Assembly: GCA_964490105.1 (NCBI GenBank)
Contig: CAZAZU010000001.1
Location: forward strand, 227,804 to 291,803
Origin: an uncultured Gammaproteobacteria bacterium
GTDB lineage: Bacteria > Patescibacteriota > Microgenomatia > Levybacterales > UBA12049
Direction of reading: 5' to 3'
DNA: 64,000 nt
Below are positions 28,362 to 38,794 of this stretch, in pieces (position 1 is the stretch's first letter; each line of letters starts with the position of its first letter). The position numbers and the translations under genes are program-made. The notes under the pieces are model-generated. The model searched no databases, was not told where the DNA came from, and saw nothing but the letters and a program-made list of their open reading frames with translations.

Positions 28362-28985
28362 ATGGCATTTACTGAATTATTAAAAAGAAAATTAGAAGAT
28401 CCGATTGCTAAAGAAAAGCAGGAGCAATTACTCAGAGAGTCTGCAGTTTCAGCTCGAAGCGCACTAAGATTCGTGGCTTATGAAGCTAACTCCAGTAATC
28501 CAACTGGAAGACTTAGAGCAGAAAAAGATACGCCCAGAGGAGTTATCCATGTTCAGATTGACCCTGAAAATCCTTCTACTGCAACATGGGTGCAAAGAGA
28601 AACCACAACAGACTATTTTTCAACAGTTAAATATAGAGTAGAAATAGGAGCCTCGGGAGATTTTACAGCAACAAGACAGGTTGTTAGGAAAGTAATGAAC
28701 GGTGTTCCATTAAGTGACCCTATTTCCTTTAGGATTGGACCGCTCGTAGTTGGAATTGGATATCAATATGCTACTACAAACACTCAGGAGTATGACAGGC
28801 TGGAAAAAGGTTTACATGAGCTTGATAAAACACCTAAGCCTTTTGTTCCAACTGTTGAATTTTTTGACGAATTAAGAAAAGACTTATTACATGGCTCAGC
28901 TGCAGTTAAAACAAATGTGTCGGCTCCGCAAATACATCAAGTAATTGAATTTCCTAGACACAATTCTCTCACCCGCACAGGATAA
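28362..28985 (+). CDS. Hypothetical protein
   Basis: 207-aa ORF. Confidence 0.6.
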   Translation: MAFTELLKRKLEDPIAKEKQEQLLRESAVSARSALRFVAYEANSSNPTGRLRAEKDTPRGVIHVQIDPENPSTATWVQRETTTDYFSTVKYRVEIGASGDFTATRQVVRKVMNGVPLSDPISFRIGPLVVGIGYQYATTNTQEYDRLEKGLHELDKTPKPFVPTVEFFDELRKDLLHGSAAVKTNVSAPQIHQVIEFPRHNSLTRTG

Positions 28986-29022
28986 TTGCCTCATAGTAGT
29001 TAATCAGATATAATTAAAGACC

Positions 29023-30153
29023 ATGAAAAGGATCATATTTCTATTAATATCTTTCATATTTATTTTTACTGGAAATGCTCACGCTATCTATGATCCGATT
29101 TCTCTTCCCAATAATAAAGTCGGAATCCACATACTCTTCCCTACTGAACTAGATAAGGCTAAAGAATTAGTTAATTCAAATGGCGGAGATTGGGGTTATG
29201 TCACTATTCCCATCCAGTCTGGAGACAAAGATCTACGCAAATGGCAGGAGTTTATGGATAACTGCAAGAAACTTCATCTCATTCCTTTAGTTAGGCTTGC
29301 GACCCACGGAGATTACTTTGAAACCACTACATGGAAAAAACCGCAGGATGATGACATCGTAGATTTTGCAAATTTTTTAAATTCCTTAGATTGGCCTACT
29401 AAAAATCGCTATATAATAGTTTATAACGAAGTAAATCGCGCAGATGAGTGGCAAGGCCAAGCAAATCCATCTGAATATGCACGTCTTCTTTCATATGCTG
29501 TCACTGTTTTTAAGTCAAAAAATCCAGACTTTTTCATAATTTCATCAGGCATGGATAATGCCTCAATTACTGGAAATGGAACCTATAATCAGTTTGATTT
29601 CTTCTCTTTCATGAATGGAGAGGTTCCTGGAATTTTTAATCAAATTGACGGAATATCATCTCATTCTTATCCAAATCCGGGTTTTTCTCAGCCTCCAAAC
29701 GTGCTCACTCCCAGAAGCATATCAAGTTATCAATATGAATTAGCTGAGATTGCTAATTATTCAAATAAAAAGCTCCCTGTATTTATTACAGAAACAGGAT
29801 GGAGTCAAGACGCAGTATCAAAAGATGAGGCTGGGAAATATCTAGTTCAAGCGTTCAATGAGGTTTGGAATGATCCGCAGGTCGTTGCTGTAACTCCATT
29901 TTTACTTAATGCAGGAGGAGGACCATTTCAGCAATTTTCCTTTACTACACCAAGTCACGAAAAAAATGAAGTCTTTAAAGCCGTAGAATCTCTTCCTAAG
30001 CTTCAGGGCTCACCTAAGCTATCACCTGTTAGAAAGGTTTTAGGAAATGAAAACGCAGGAATTTTTCCCGTAAAGGATTTCTCAAAACATGTTACAAGTC
30101 AAATAGGTGAAGGAGCAAAGGCGATCGTAAAGCTCCTTTTTCTAGGGTTTTAG
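29023..30153 (+). CDS. Secreted clan GH-A glycoside hydrolase-like protein
   Basis: Signal peptide; YNEVN acid/base, H.YP, FITETGW nucleophile. Confidence 0.8.
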   Translation: MKRIIFLLISFIFIFTGNAHAIYDPISLPNNKVGIHILFPTELDKAKELVNSNGGDWGYVTIPIQSGDKDLRKWQEFMDNCKKLHLIPLVRLATHGDYFETTTWKKPQDDDIVDFANFLNSLDWPTKNRYIIVYNEVNRADEWQGQANPSEYARLLSYAVTVFKSKNPDFFIISSGMDNASITGNGTYNQFDFFSFMNGEVPGIFNQIDGISSHSYPNPGFSQPPNVLTPRSISSYQYELAEIANYSNKKLPVFITETGWSQDAVSKDEAGKYLVQAFNEVWNDPQVVAVTPFLLNAGGGPFQQFSFTTPSHEKNEVFKAVESLPKLQGSPKLSPVRKVLGNENAGIFPVKDFSKHVTSQIGEGAKAIVKLLFLGF

Positions 30154-30178
30154 TGTGCTATAATTTGTTGGACACTAG

Positions 30179-30697
30179 ATGGATAGCGATATAGAAAACA
30201 TAAGGTTTGAGAGCCTCACCCACGGACAATTATCCATAGACGAAGTTCTTCAAATGATAAAGGATTTTTTAGAAGAAAATCCCAAAAGCGAGTATAGTCT
30301 TGTAATTGGAACTGACTCACATGAAATAACAGGAAATGAACCAAGAAGCAGAAAAATTAATTTAGTAACTGCTATTTTAGTGCATAGGAAAGGATTCGGA
30401 GGTAAATATTTTTGGAATAGGAAGTCAGCTGGTAACATTCACTCATTAAGAGAAAAGATTTATGCCGAAACTATGACGTCGCTTGGTTTTGCAAGTACAT
30501 TTGTGCCGCTTTTAAAGAAAAAATTAAACGGTCAGTCACCTAACTATAATCTTGAAATACATATCGACGTTGGCGAGCATGGAGACACGCGGGAGATGAT
30601 TAAAGAAGTTGTGGGAATGGTAACAGGAAGCGGATTTGTTGCAAAGACTAAGCCTTATGCATATGGAGCTTCTTATGTTGCCGATAAACATACTTGA
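30179..30697 (+). CDS. RNase H-like YkuK family protein
   Basis: VIGTDS, GG.YF, LR.KI..E, LEIHID, KP.AYGAS.VAD. Confidence 0.88.
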   Translation: MDSDIENIRFESLTHGQLSIDEVLQMIKDFLEENPKSEYSLVIGTDSHEITGNEPRSRKINLVTAILVHRKGFGGKYFWNRKSAGNIHSLREKIYAETMTSLGFASTFVPLLKKKLNGQSPNYNLEIHIDVGEHGDTREMIKEVVGMVTGSGFVAKTKPYAYGASYVADKHT

Positions 30698-30698
30698 T

Positions 30699-31103
30699 AT
30701 GAGAAAAAAATCTAATACAAAACTAGAATGGGAAGAAGCAGTGGATGTGAAGCGTGATTTAAAAAAAATAATTCATACACTTGAATTTGATCATATTCAA
30801 ATTTCCCGTGTCTTTTGTTATAGAACTGAAGGAAGTAAGGCTAGAGCTTATGCCAGAACCTGGATGATGCCAAAAATTTTTCAGCACGCCTTAGGAATCG
30901 AGCCCGCTTACGTTATCGAAGTTCTCTCAAAGTATTACGATAAGCTAAATGAAGACGAAAAATCTAAAGTTCTTATTCACGAGCTCTTGCACATACCCAA
31001 AAATTTCTCTGGAGCACTTCTCTCACATAGAGGCGTTGGTCGTCATATAGGGCATGATTCAAATGCGCTGTTTAAAAAATACAAACAATTAAAAGACCAA
31101 TGA
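30699..31103 (+). CDS. Putative metallopeptidase (phage-metallopeptidase-like)
   Basis: A.AYAR.W, Y.IE, LIHELLHIP..F.G.L. Confidence 0.8.
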   Translation: MRKKSNTKLEWEEAVDVKRDLKKIIHTLEFDHIQISRVFCYRTEGSKARAYARTWMMPKIFQHALGIEPAYVIEVLSKYYDKLNEDEKSKVLIHELLHIPKNFSGALLSHRGVGRHIGHDSNALFKKYKQLKDQ

Positions 31104-31777
31104 TCACATTAATTCACGGAAATGATACTCTTTCTTCCCGAAAATATTATTTAGACCAAAGGGATTCTGAGTCGCTAACTTTTGACGCTGAAAGTATAAA
31201 CCTTGTGGAGCTTGAGCAGTCTTTAGCAGGATCCGGACTTTTTGCTACAACTAAGAAGATTTTTGTAGAAAATTTATTTTCGAGAAAATCTGCAAAAAAT
31301 CTTGATTCAATCGGTAAATTATTATCCTCATATAAAGATGCAGAAGTTTTTTTCTGGGCAGACAAGGAAGTCGGAGTTAAAGCTCTTGCCTCATTTCCAA
31401 AAGTAGAAAACAAAAGTTTTAAAATTCCTCAAAATATCTGGAATTTTTTGGATAATCTTAGGCCGTCAAATGTCGCAAATGTATCATCATTTCATAGAAC
31501 TCTAAGCGAAAGTGAAGCTGAAATAATATTTGCAATGATAATTAGACAATTCAGACTTATGCTGGGATTGATTCAATATTCAAGAGTAAATATAGATGAA
31601 GTGAAAAGAATTGCACCTTGGCAAAAAACTAAACTTCTAAGACAGGCCTCGCTTTTTGGAGAGCAAAAACTTAAAACAATTTATAAAAAACTTTATAAAA
31701 TTGATAAATCCACAAAAACCGGAAAAACTAATTTAACACTTACTCAAAATATTGACATTCTACTCCTTGAAATATAA
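31100..31777 (+). CDS. holA: DNA polymerase III delta subunit-like (shortened)
   Basis: LIHG.D start, LF..K, IW.F.D, MI.RQ.R, L..ID...KTG. Confidence 0.7.
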   Translation: MITLIHGNDTLSSRKYYLDQRDSESLTFDAESINLVELEQSLAGSGLFATTKKIFVENLFSRKSAKNLDSIGKLLSSYKDAEVFFWADKEVGVKALASFPKVENKSFKIPQNIWNFLDNLRPSNVANVSSFHRTLSESEAEIIFAMIIRQFRLMLGLIQYSRVNIDEVKRIAPWQKTKLLRQASLFGEQKLKTIYKKLYKIDKSTKTGKTNLTLTQNIDILLLEI

Positions 31778-31787
31778 TATTACTTTT

Positions 31788-33167
31788 ATGACAATTGACC
31801 CCTCGATCTTTAAATCCTACGACATCAGAGGCACATATCCAGATAAAATTAACGAAGACATCTCTAGGGAGATTGCAAAAGCAATTCATAAATTTTTTTC
31901 CGAAAAGCTGGGTAAAAATGACTTCACGATAGTTTTAAGCCGTGACATGAGAACATCGTCCCCTACTATTTTTGAAGCAGTAAAAGAAGTTTTACTTAAA
32001 AGAGGCGCAAATGTAATTGATTTAGGAATTTCTTCGACTCCTACTTTTTATTTTGCGGTCAGTTTTTATAAATATGACGCTGGAATTCAGATTACAGCCT
32101 CACATAATCCTAAAGAATATAACGGAATTAAGTTTGTTATGAATACTCCTGGGGGGCTTTTGAAAATCGGCAAACCAACAGGAATGGATGATATTAGAGA
32201 TTTAGCTGTTAATGGTGTTATAGATATAGAAGAAAAAGAAGGAACAATTGTAAAAAAAGAAGGCGTTTTGGAAGATGAAGTAAAAAACGCTATGAATATC
32301 TTTAAAAATCCGGAAATTAAGAAGTTTAAAATCGTAGCTGACACAGCAAATGCAGTCGGCGCCTTATATATTGATGCTCTTTCTAAAGTTCTTCCGATTG
32401 AACTGGTTAGAATGAATTTTGAACTCGATGGGACATTTCCGGTTCATCAAGCTGATCCGATGCAGCCTGAAAATCTAGTAGACATCCAAAAAAGAGTGGT
32501 AGAAGTTGGCGCTGATCTTGGACTTGCGCCAGATGGAGACGGAGACAGACTATTTATAATTAATGAAAAAGGAGAGGTTGTTCCTCCGCCTCAAATTATC
32601 GGAATGCTTTCGAAAGAACTTCTGAAAGATTTTCCCGGATCAAAAGTAGTAGTTGATCAAAAGTATTTTCTAACAGCCAAAAAAATAGTTGAAGAACATG
32701 GAGGAGAATTAGTTCTGTCAAAAACAGGACACGCTTATATAACAGAGACCATGACTAAGACTGGAGCTATTTTTGCAGGCGAGGCGTCAGCTCATTACTA
32801 CTATAAAGCTACTGGAAATGCTGAGTCCCAGGTAATGACAATAGTTGGAGTTCTTAAGGTTTTGACCCAGGAAAATAAACCAATTTCAGAGGTGGCAGAA
32901 GAATTTAGAAGATCCTATGAATCCGGTGAATTCAACTATGAAGTAACTAACGCGAAAGAAGTTATGGATTACCTGAAGGGAAAATATAGTGACGCCGAGC
33001 TTTCTGAAATGGACGGAATTGCAATGAACTATCCTGATTGGAGATTTAGCGCAAGATCATCAAACACTGAGCCACTTCTTAGAGTAAATGTGGAAGGAGC
33101 TACTAGAGAATTAGTTGACCGCGAGACAGCTAAACTAAAAAAAGAAATTGAATCAGTTGCAAAATAA
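31788..33167 (+). CDS. Phosphomannomutase/phosphoglucomutase
   Basis: IFKSYDIRG, ITASHNP, DGDGDR, GE.SAH, R.SNTEP. Confidence 0.95.
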   Translation: MTIDPSIFKSYDIRGTYPDKINEDISREIAKAIHKFFSEKLGKNDFTIVLSRDMRTSSPTIFEAVKEVLLKRGANVIDLGISSTPTFYFAVSFYKYDAGIQITASHNPKEYNGIKFVMNTPGGLLKIGKPTGMDDIRDLAVNGVIDIEEKEGTIVKKEGVLEDEVKNAMNIFKNPEIKKFKIVADTANAVGALYIDALSKVLPIELVRMNFELDGTFPVHQADPMQPENLVDIQKRVVEVGADLGLAPDGDGDRLFIINEKGEVVPPPQIIGMLSKELLKDFPGSKVVVDQKYFLTAKKIVEEHGGELVLSKTGHAYITETMTKTGAIFAGEASAHYYYKATGNAESQVMTIVGVLKVLTQENKPISEVAEEFRRSYESGEFNYEVTNAKEVMDYLKGKYSDAELSEMDGIAMNYPDWRFSARSSNTEPLLRVNVEGATRELVDRETAKLKKEIESVAK

Positions 33168-33168
33168 T

Positions 33169-34179
33169 ATGAATCCTAAAGATCCGTCAAATTTCAGACA
33201 ATTTATAATCGATACTCCATCTCAGTTTGAAGTCGGTATGGAGATCGCAAAGAATGCTAAAGTGGAGGGTAACTTTGAGTCACTCACAGTCTCCGGAATG
33301 GGAGGATCTGCGCTCCCAGTTAATCTTCTTCAGGCATTTATAAACACTCCTTCTGCAAAGCCATTTGATATTTATATAAATAGATATTACTCACTGCCAA
33401 ATTATGCTAAAGAAAAAAGTTCTTTAAATTTTATTTCGTCTTATTCAGGAACAACAGAAGAGGTTATCTCTTCGCTTGAAGAGGTGCATAGCCTTGGCTT
33501 ACCTTTCATAGGCTTTTCTAGCGGAGGCAATATCGAAGAACTCTCTAAAAAATATGGAATGCCTCACGTAAAACTTCCAATTCCCTACCCAAATTACCAG
33601 CCTAGAATGGGAACTGGGTATTTCTTTGGTGCTATGTATCAGACGCTCGTTAACCATGGACTTGTCCCGGATAAATCCGAAGAGATTATAGCCGAAGCTC
33701 GGAAATTTAATGACCTGATGAGTACTTATGAGCAAAAAGGGAAAGAGTTAGCGCAAAAATTAAAAGGTAAAACACCAATTGTGTATGCATCCTCCGCTTT
33801 TGCCTCCACTGCCATGGTGTGGAAAATAAAATTAAACGAAAATGCTAAAACTCCGGCATTTTACAATTTCTTCCCGGAACTTAACCACAATGAAATGGTA
33901 GGATTTACAAATCCTCAGGCTGATTTTTTTATAATCATGCTCAAAGATCCACAGGATAACCCCAGAAATCTAAAAAGATATGAGGTTACTGCAAAACTCC
34001 TAAAAGAAAAAGGAATTGACTCTGAAATTATTGACATGGACGGAGAAAGTGTTTTTTCGAAAACTTTTTTGAGCATTACATTAGCTGATTGGGTTTCATA
34101 CTACCTTGCTTTAGAATACAACCAGGATCCGACACCTGTAGCAATGGTTGAAGACCTTAAAAAAATTCTAGCCTCCTAA
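33169..34179 (+). CDS. Bifunctional phosphoglucose/phosphomannose isomerase
   Basis: GMGGS, SYSG.TEE, QPR, NENAK, PELNHNE. Confidence 0.93.
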   Translation: MNPKDPSNFRQFIIDTPSQFEVGMEIAKNAKVEGNFESLTVSGMGGSALPVNLLQAFINTPSAKPFDIYINRYYSLPNYAKEKSSLNFISSYSGTTEEVISSLEEVHSLGLPFIGFSSGGNIEELSKKYGMPHVKLPIPYPNYQPRMGTGYFFGAMYQTLVNHGLVPDKSEEIIAEARKFNDLMSTYEQKGKELAQKLKGKTPIVYASSAFASTAMVWKIKLNENAKTPAFYNFFPELNHNEMVGFTNPQADFFIIMLKDPQDNPRNLKRYEVTAKLLKEKGIDSEIIDMDGESVFSKTFLSITLADWVSYYLALEYNQDPTPVAMVEDLKKILAS

Positions 34180-34254
34180 CTTATCTATTTCCTACATTCT
34201 TTTTACCGGCGTCTTCTTTTAAGCAGTTAAAATAGCACTTGAAAGGAGGAAAGT

Positions 34255-34470
34255 ATGGCAAGAGTTATTGAAGACACAGGAAATACTCACGTAATACACG
34301 AGCACCATGATGGAGACTCTGGAACTGGAATGGGACTAATAATAGCCGTAGTAATATTGGCAATTTTAGGTTTCTTATTTCTATATTACGGATTACCTGC
34401 TCTAAGAACTGCAACTTCACCCCAGGTTAATGTTCCTGGACAGGTTGATGTAAACGTTAATAGAGAGTAA
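34255..34470 (+). CDS. Small single-TM protein
   Basis: SD GAAAGGAGG; TM; C-terminal VNVP..VDVNV. Confidence 0.7.
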   Translation: MARVIEDTGNTHVIHEHHDGDSGTGMGLIIAVVILAILGFLFLYYGLPALRTATSPQVNVPGQVDVNVNRE

Positions 34471-34511
34471 AGGTATTGATAATCTAAGAAAATACTTGGA
34501 TAATGATACTA

Positions 34512-36779
34512 ATGCCTCAAAGAAACGTTGTTTGGTTCAATCAGGTTGACAAGGAAGATATACCTTTAGTAGGAGGAAAAGGCGCGAATCTGGGTGAAAT
34601 GACTAAGGCAGGCTTTCCTGTTCCCAACGGTTTCATAGTTACGGCACATGCCTTTTTTGAATTCATAAAGCATAACAATCTGGAGAAAAAAGTAAAAAAT
34701 CTTCTAAACACTGTCAATTTTGATAATTCTCATTCCCTGAAGCAAGTATCTGATCTTATTAAAAAAGAGGTACTAAGCGGCGAAATGTCTCAGGAACTTG
34801 TTAAGGAAATATATCTCTCTTATAAAGCGCTGGGAGGGCCCACAGAAGATGCTCTTGTGGCTGTAAGATCATCTGCAACTGCCGAAGACTTACCAAATGC
34901 TTCATTCGCAGGTCAACAGGAGACTTTTCTAAATGTAAAGGGTGAGTCAAACTTAATTCTTAAGATTAAAGAATGCTGGGCCTCTCTTTATGAAGAAAGA
35001 GCAATATTTTATAGACACGAAAATAAGTTCGATGCTGTAAAAGTTGGAATTGCTGTGCCTGTACAGAAGATGATTGAATCTGAAAAATCCGGTGTTATGT
35101 TTACAATTAATCCCGTAGATAATGACAAAACCAAAATAATTATAGAAGCAGTATATGGCCTTGGTGAGATGATAGTACAAGGGATTGTAAAACCCGACCA
35201 CTATGAAGTCTCAAAGGACACAAATAAAATTATTGTTAAGGAAATCTCTTCTCAGGACAAGATGATGGTTAAATCTGGAGATGGAAATAAAATCACAAGA
35301 GTACCTCTTCTTAAAAAGAAACGCCAAAAAATATCTGACCAGAATATAATTGATCTCTATAATCTCGGTAAAAAGCTTGAAAAGCACTATTATTTTCCTC
35401 AAGACGTCGAATGGGCAGTTGCAGGGAACAAGGTTTATTTAGTTCAGACAAGACCTATCACTACAACTGAACCCAAAACTAAAGGAGCATCTGGAAAAGC
35501 AAGAACTGACTTCGGGACGCTTATCTTAAAGGGTGATGGAGCAAGCCCAGGAATTATAACAGGACATGTCAGAATTCTCAAAAGCGCTTCGGAAATAAAT
35601 TCAGTAATGCCCGGGGATATTTTAGTCGCTCCTCAAACCAATCCTGACTATGTTCCTGCTATGAAAAAAGCTAGTGCAATCGTAACTGATCTCGGAGGAC
35701 GCACTTCTCATGCGGCAATCGTATCCAGAGAAATTGGAATCCCGGCAATAGTCGGAACTGAAAAGGCTACGAAAATGCTTAAAACAGGAGAAGTTATTAC
35801 TGTAAATGGAGCAACAGGAGAAATATTTAAAGGCGGAGACATGTCCTTAAACGCTGTAATAAGCGATGATTATTCAGAAGAAGAAAATATTCCGACCGCG
35901 ACTAAAGTTTATATGAATCTCGCTGAACCGGATCTTGCAGCTAAACAGTCACAGCGAAAAGCTGACGGAGTGGGACTTCTCAGAGCGGAATTTATGATGG
36001 CAGGTATTGGCACTCACCCTAAGAAAATGATAAGGGATGGAAAAAAGAATTTGTTTGTAAAACAATTAGCGACTCATCTCGAAGAATTTTGTAAATCATT
36101 TAACCCAAGACCAGTAGTTTACCGTGCATCAGATTTTAAGACTAATGAATACAGAAACTTAATCGGCGGTAAAGAATTTGAGCCGATTGAACCTAATCCA
36201 ATGCTTGGCTATAGAGGAGCATTTAGATATATTCACGATCCAAGAGTCTTTCAGCTGGAACTTGAAGCGATAAAATATGTTAGAGATAAAAAAGGATTTA
36301 AAAATCTCTGGTTAATGATTCCATTTGTGAGAACTCCAAAGGAACTTTCTGATGTAAAGAAACTGATTGCAGAATCAGGATTGTCACGCTCCCCTAGCTT
36401 CAAGCTTTGGATGATGGTAGAAATTCCAAGTAACGTTATACTTCTTGATAAATTTATAGAATTAGGAATTGACGGAGTATCAATTGGAACTAATGATCTA
36501 ACCATGCTTATTCTTGGAACTGACAGAGATAATAATGAAGTTGCACACGAATATAATGAGAGAGATGAGGCTGTTCTCTGGGCTCTTGAGCACGTAATTA
36601 AGACGGCTACCAAACATAAAATTACATCTTCAATTTGCGGACAAGCTGCAAGCTACCCTGAAATTCTTGATATAGTAATTCGAAATGGCGGAACCAGCGT
36701 ATCTGTAACGCCCGATCTAGTGGCTCCAGTCAGAAAACTAATTTCAGAAAAAGAAGAAAAAATCTTCGGAAGGAAATAA
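34512..36779 (+). CDS. ppsA: Phosphoenolpyruvate synthase
   Basis: VGGKGANLGE, VAVRSSATAEDL..ASFAGQ, GGRTSHAAIVSRE, GVGLLRAEF, SICGQA. Confidence 0.96.
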   Translation: MPQRNVVWFNQVDKEDIPLVGGKGANLGEMTKAGFPVPNGFIVTAHAFFEFIKHNNLEKKVKNLLNTVNFDNSHSLKQVSDLIKKEVLSGEMSQELVKEIYLSYKALGGPTEDALVAVRSSATAEDLPNASFAGQQETFLNVKGESNLILKIKECWASLYEERAIFYRHENKFDAVKVGIAVPVQKMIESEKSGVMFTINPVDNDKTKIIIEAVYGLGEMIVQGIVKPDHYEVSKDTNKIIVKEISSQDKMMVKSGDGNKITRVPLLKKKRQKISDQNIIDLYNLGKKLEKHYYFPQDVEWAVAGNKVYLVQTRPITTTEPKTKGASGKARTDFGTLILKGDGASPGIITGHVRILKSASEINSVMPGDILVAPQTNPDYVPAMKKASAIVTDLGGRTSHAAIVSREIGIPAIVGTEKATKMLKTGEVITVNGATGEIFKGGDMSLNAVISDDYSEEENIPTATKVYMNLAEPDLAAKQSQRKADGVGLLRAEFMMAGIGTHPKKMIRDGKKNLFVKQLATHLEEFCKSFNPRPVVYRASDFKTNEYRNLIGGKEFEPIEPNPMLGYRGAFRYIHDPRVFQLELEAIKYVRDKKGFKNLWLMIPFVRTPKELSDVKKLIAESGLSRSPSFKLWMMVEIPSNVILLDKFIELGIDGVSIGTNDLTMLILGTDRDNNEVAHEYNERDEAVLWALEHVIKTATKHKITSSICGQAASYPEILDIVIRNGGTSVSVTPDLVAPVRKLISEKEEKIFGRK

Positions 36780-38035
36780 TGGCAAAAATTACTAAAGTAG
36801 TCGGACGTGAAATCCTTAACTCAAAAGGCTACCCCACAATCGAAGCTACAGTCTTCTTAGATAATGGGATTACGACATCAGCTTCCTGCCCCACTGGAAC
36901 GTCAGTAAGTAAATATGAAGCTAAAGAAGTCAGGGATAATGACCCAAAAAGATTTGGAGGATATGGCGAACTAAAGGCAGTCGAAAATATTAACTCCAAG
37001 ATTTCCCCCAAACTTGTAGGTCTCGATCCGACTCTACAAGCTGATATAGACAGAATTCTCTTAGGAATAGACGGCACAAATGATAAATCAAATCTAGGAG
37101 TCAATTCCATTCTTCCAGTCTCAATGGCTGTAATGAAAGCTGGTGCCATGAGCGTAAACCTTCCTCTCTACGTATATATCAGACACTTCACAAGTCTTGG
37201 AAATATTCCCTTTAAGATTCCATCCCCTGGTTTTAATGTAATAAACGGAGGAAAACATGCGGGGAATAACTTAGATTTTCAAGAATTTTTATTAATCCCA
37301 GCTTCTTCAATGCCATATAAGGACGCACTTAATATGGCAGTTTCAATTTACCAGACACTAAAAACTGCGCTAAAGGATAAAGGAGCATCTACTTTAGTTG
37401 GAGACGAAGGCGGATTCGGCCCAAGTTTTTCTACAAACAGAGACGCATTGATCATGCTTTCCGAGGCTATTTCTACAAGTAATTATAGAATTAATTATGA
37501 CGTTTTTTTAGGTATTGATGTTTCTGCTAACAACTTTCATCAGGACGGCACGTATTTTATTAAAGACAAAGATAATAGTATGACGACTGAAGAATTAGTC
37601 ACAGTCTACGAAGGGCTTAACGCCGAATACAATCTTTACTATCTAGAAGACCCGTTTGGTGAAGATGACTGGGAAGGCTGGGAGAAATTAAATAACGTTA
37701 ATTCAAACACCATAATAGTTGGAGACGATCTAATCGCTACAAATTTCGGAAGGCTTCAGACTGCAATTACAAAAAAGGCAATTGGCGGAGTTATTATTAA
37801 ACCTAACCAAATAGGAACAGTTCTTGAAACCTTAGCAGTCGTAGAAGCTGCCCGTCACGCAGGGCTGAGAATTGTAGTTTCCCACAGATCAGGTGAAACA
37901 AACGATGATTTTATAGCAGATTTCGCAGTAGGAATTGGAGCAGATTACACTAAATTTGGAGCTCCAACCAGAGGTGAAAGGGTTGCTAAGTATAATAGGC
38001 TATTGGAAATTGATGATGAAATTAGAAATCCTTAG
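36779..38035 (+). CDS. eno: Enolase
   Basis: NGGKHA, QEF, GDEGGF, GDDL, KPNQIG, SHRSGET. Confidence 0.97.
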   Translation: MAKITKVVGREILNSKGYPTIEATVFLDNGITTSASCPTGTSVSKYEAKEVRDNDPKRFGGYGELKAVENINSKISPKLVGLDPTLQADIDRILLGIDGTNDKSNLGVNSILPVSMAVMKAGAMSVNLPLYVYIRHFTSLGNIPFKIPSPGFNVINGGKHAGNNLDFQEFLLIPASSMPYKDALNMAVSIYQTLKTALKDKGASTLVGDEGGFGPSFSTNRDALIMLSEAISTSNYRINYDVFLGIDVSANNFHQDGTYFIKDKDNSMTTEELVTVYEGLNAEYNLYYLEDPFGEDDWEGWEKLNNVNSNTIIVGDDLIATNFGRLQTAITKKAIGGVIIKPNQIGTVLETLAVVEAARHAGLRIVVSHRSGETNDDFIADFAVGIGADYTKFGAPTRGERVAKYNRLLEIDDEIRNP

Positions 38036-38720
38036 TATTCCAGAGAACTACATACTCTCCCCTGGGATCTTGTTTTTTGTACTTCTCAATAAAGTTTTCG
38101 ATTGAATCAGTTTTTACTTCCTCATGAATTTTAGTAAGTTCCCGCGCAAGAGTAATTTGAATATCTCCATAAACCTCAAGCATGCTTTTTAGAACTTTTA
38201 AGAGCCTGTGCGGAGCCTCATAAATAATTATGGTTGATTCAATTTTACTATTCCCTTCTTTAGTATTTTTTAGAAGCTTTATCCTATTCCCTTCTTTTTT
38301 TGGTAAAAATCCTAGAAAAATAAATTTATCAGTAGGAAGTCCTGATGAGACTAATGCTGATATTAAAGCTGAGGGTCCAGGAATAGATACTACTTTAACA
38401 CCGTTTCTCAAACTTTCTCTGATCAATCTAAAACCGGGATCAGAAACAGCGGGAGTTCCGCTATCTGATACTAAAGCCACATCTTGCCCATTTAGTAATA
38501 TGTTTAAAATGTTAGGAATTCTTGCTTCCTCTGTGCCTTCATAATATGAAATTAACATGGCTCTTTTTTCTACACCTATTGATCTTAAAAGCATTCCGGT
38601 TTTCCTAGTATCCTCACAGGCTATATATTCCACAGACTTAAGAATCTCGATTGCTCTAAGAGTAATATCTTTTAAATTTCCGATTGGAGTTGCAACTACA
38701 TATAATTTCCCTGTTTCCAT
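38022..38720 (-). CDS. rsmI: 16S rRNA (cytidine1402-2'-O)-methyltransferase
   Basis: LYVVATPIGNL.DIT.RA, EDTR, SDSGTP.VSDPG, RELTK.HEE. Confidence 0.96.
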   Translation of the reverse strand: METGKLYVVATPIGNLKDITLRAIEILKSVEYIACEDTRKTGMLLRSIGVEKRAMLISYYEGTEEARIPNILNILLNGQDVALVSDSGTPAVSDPGFRLIRESLRNGVKVVSIPGPSALISALVSSGLPTDKFIFLGFLPKKEGNRIKLLKNTKEGNSKIESTIIIYEAPHRLLKVLKSMLEVYGDIQITLARELTKIHEEVKTDSIENFIEKYKKQDPRGEYVVLWNTKDF

Positions 38721-38794
38721 ATGCGTATTTTAGCGCAAATAACCCATAATTCATAATTCTTGATTCACGGTTCATTTGTTGTTACAATTCTTGA

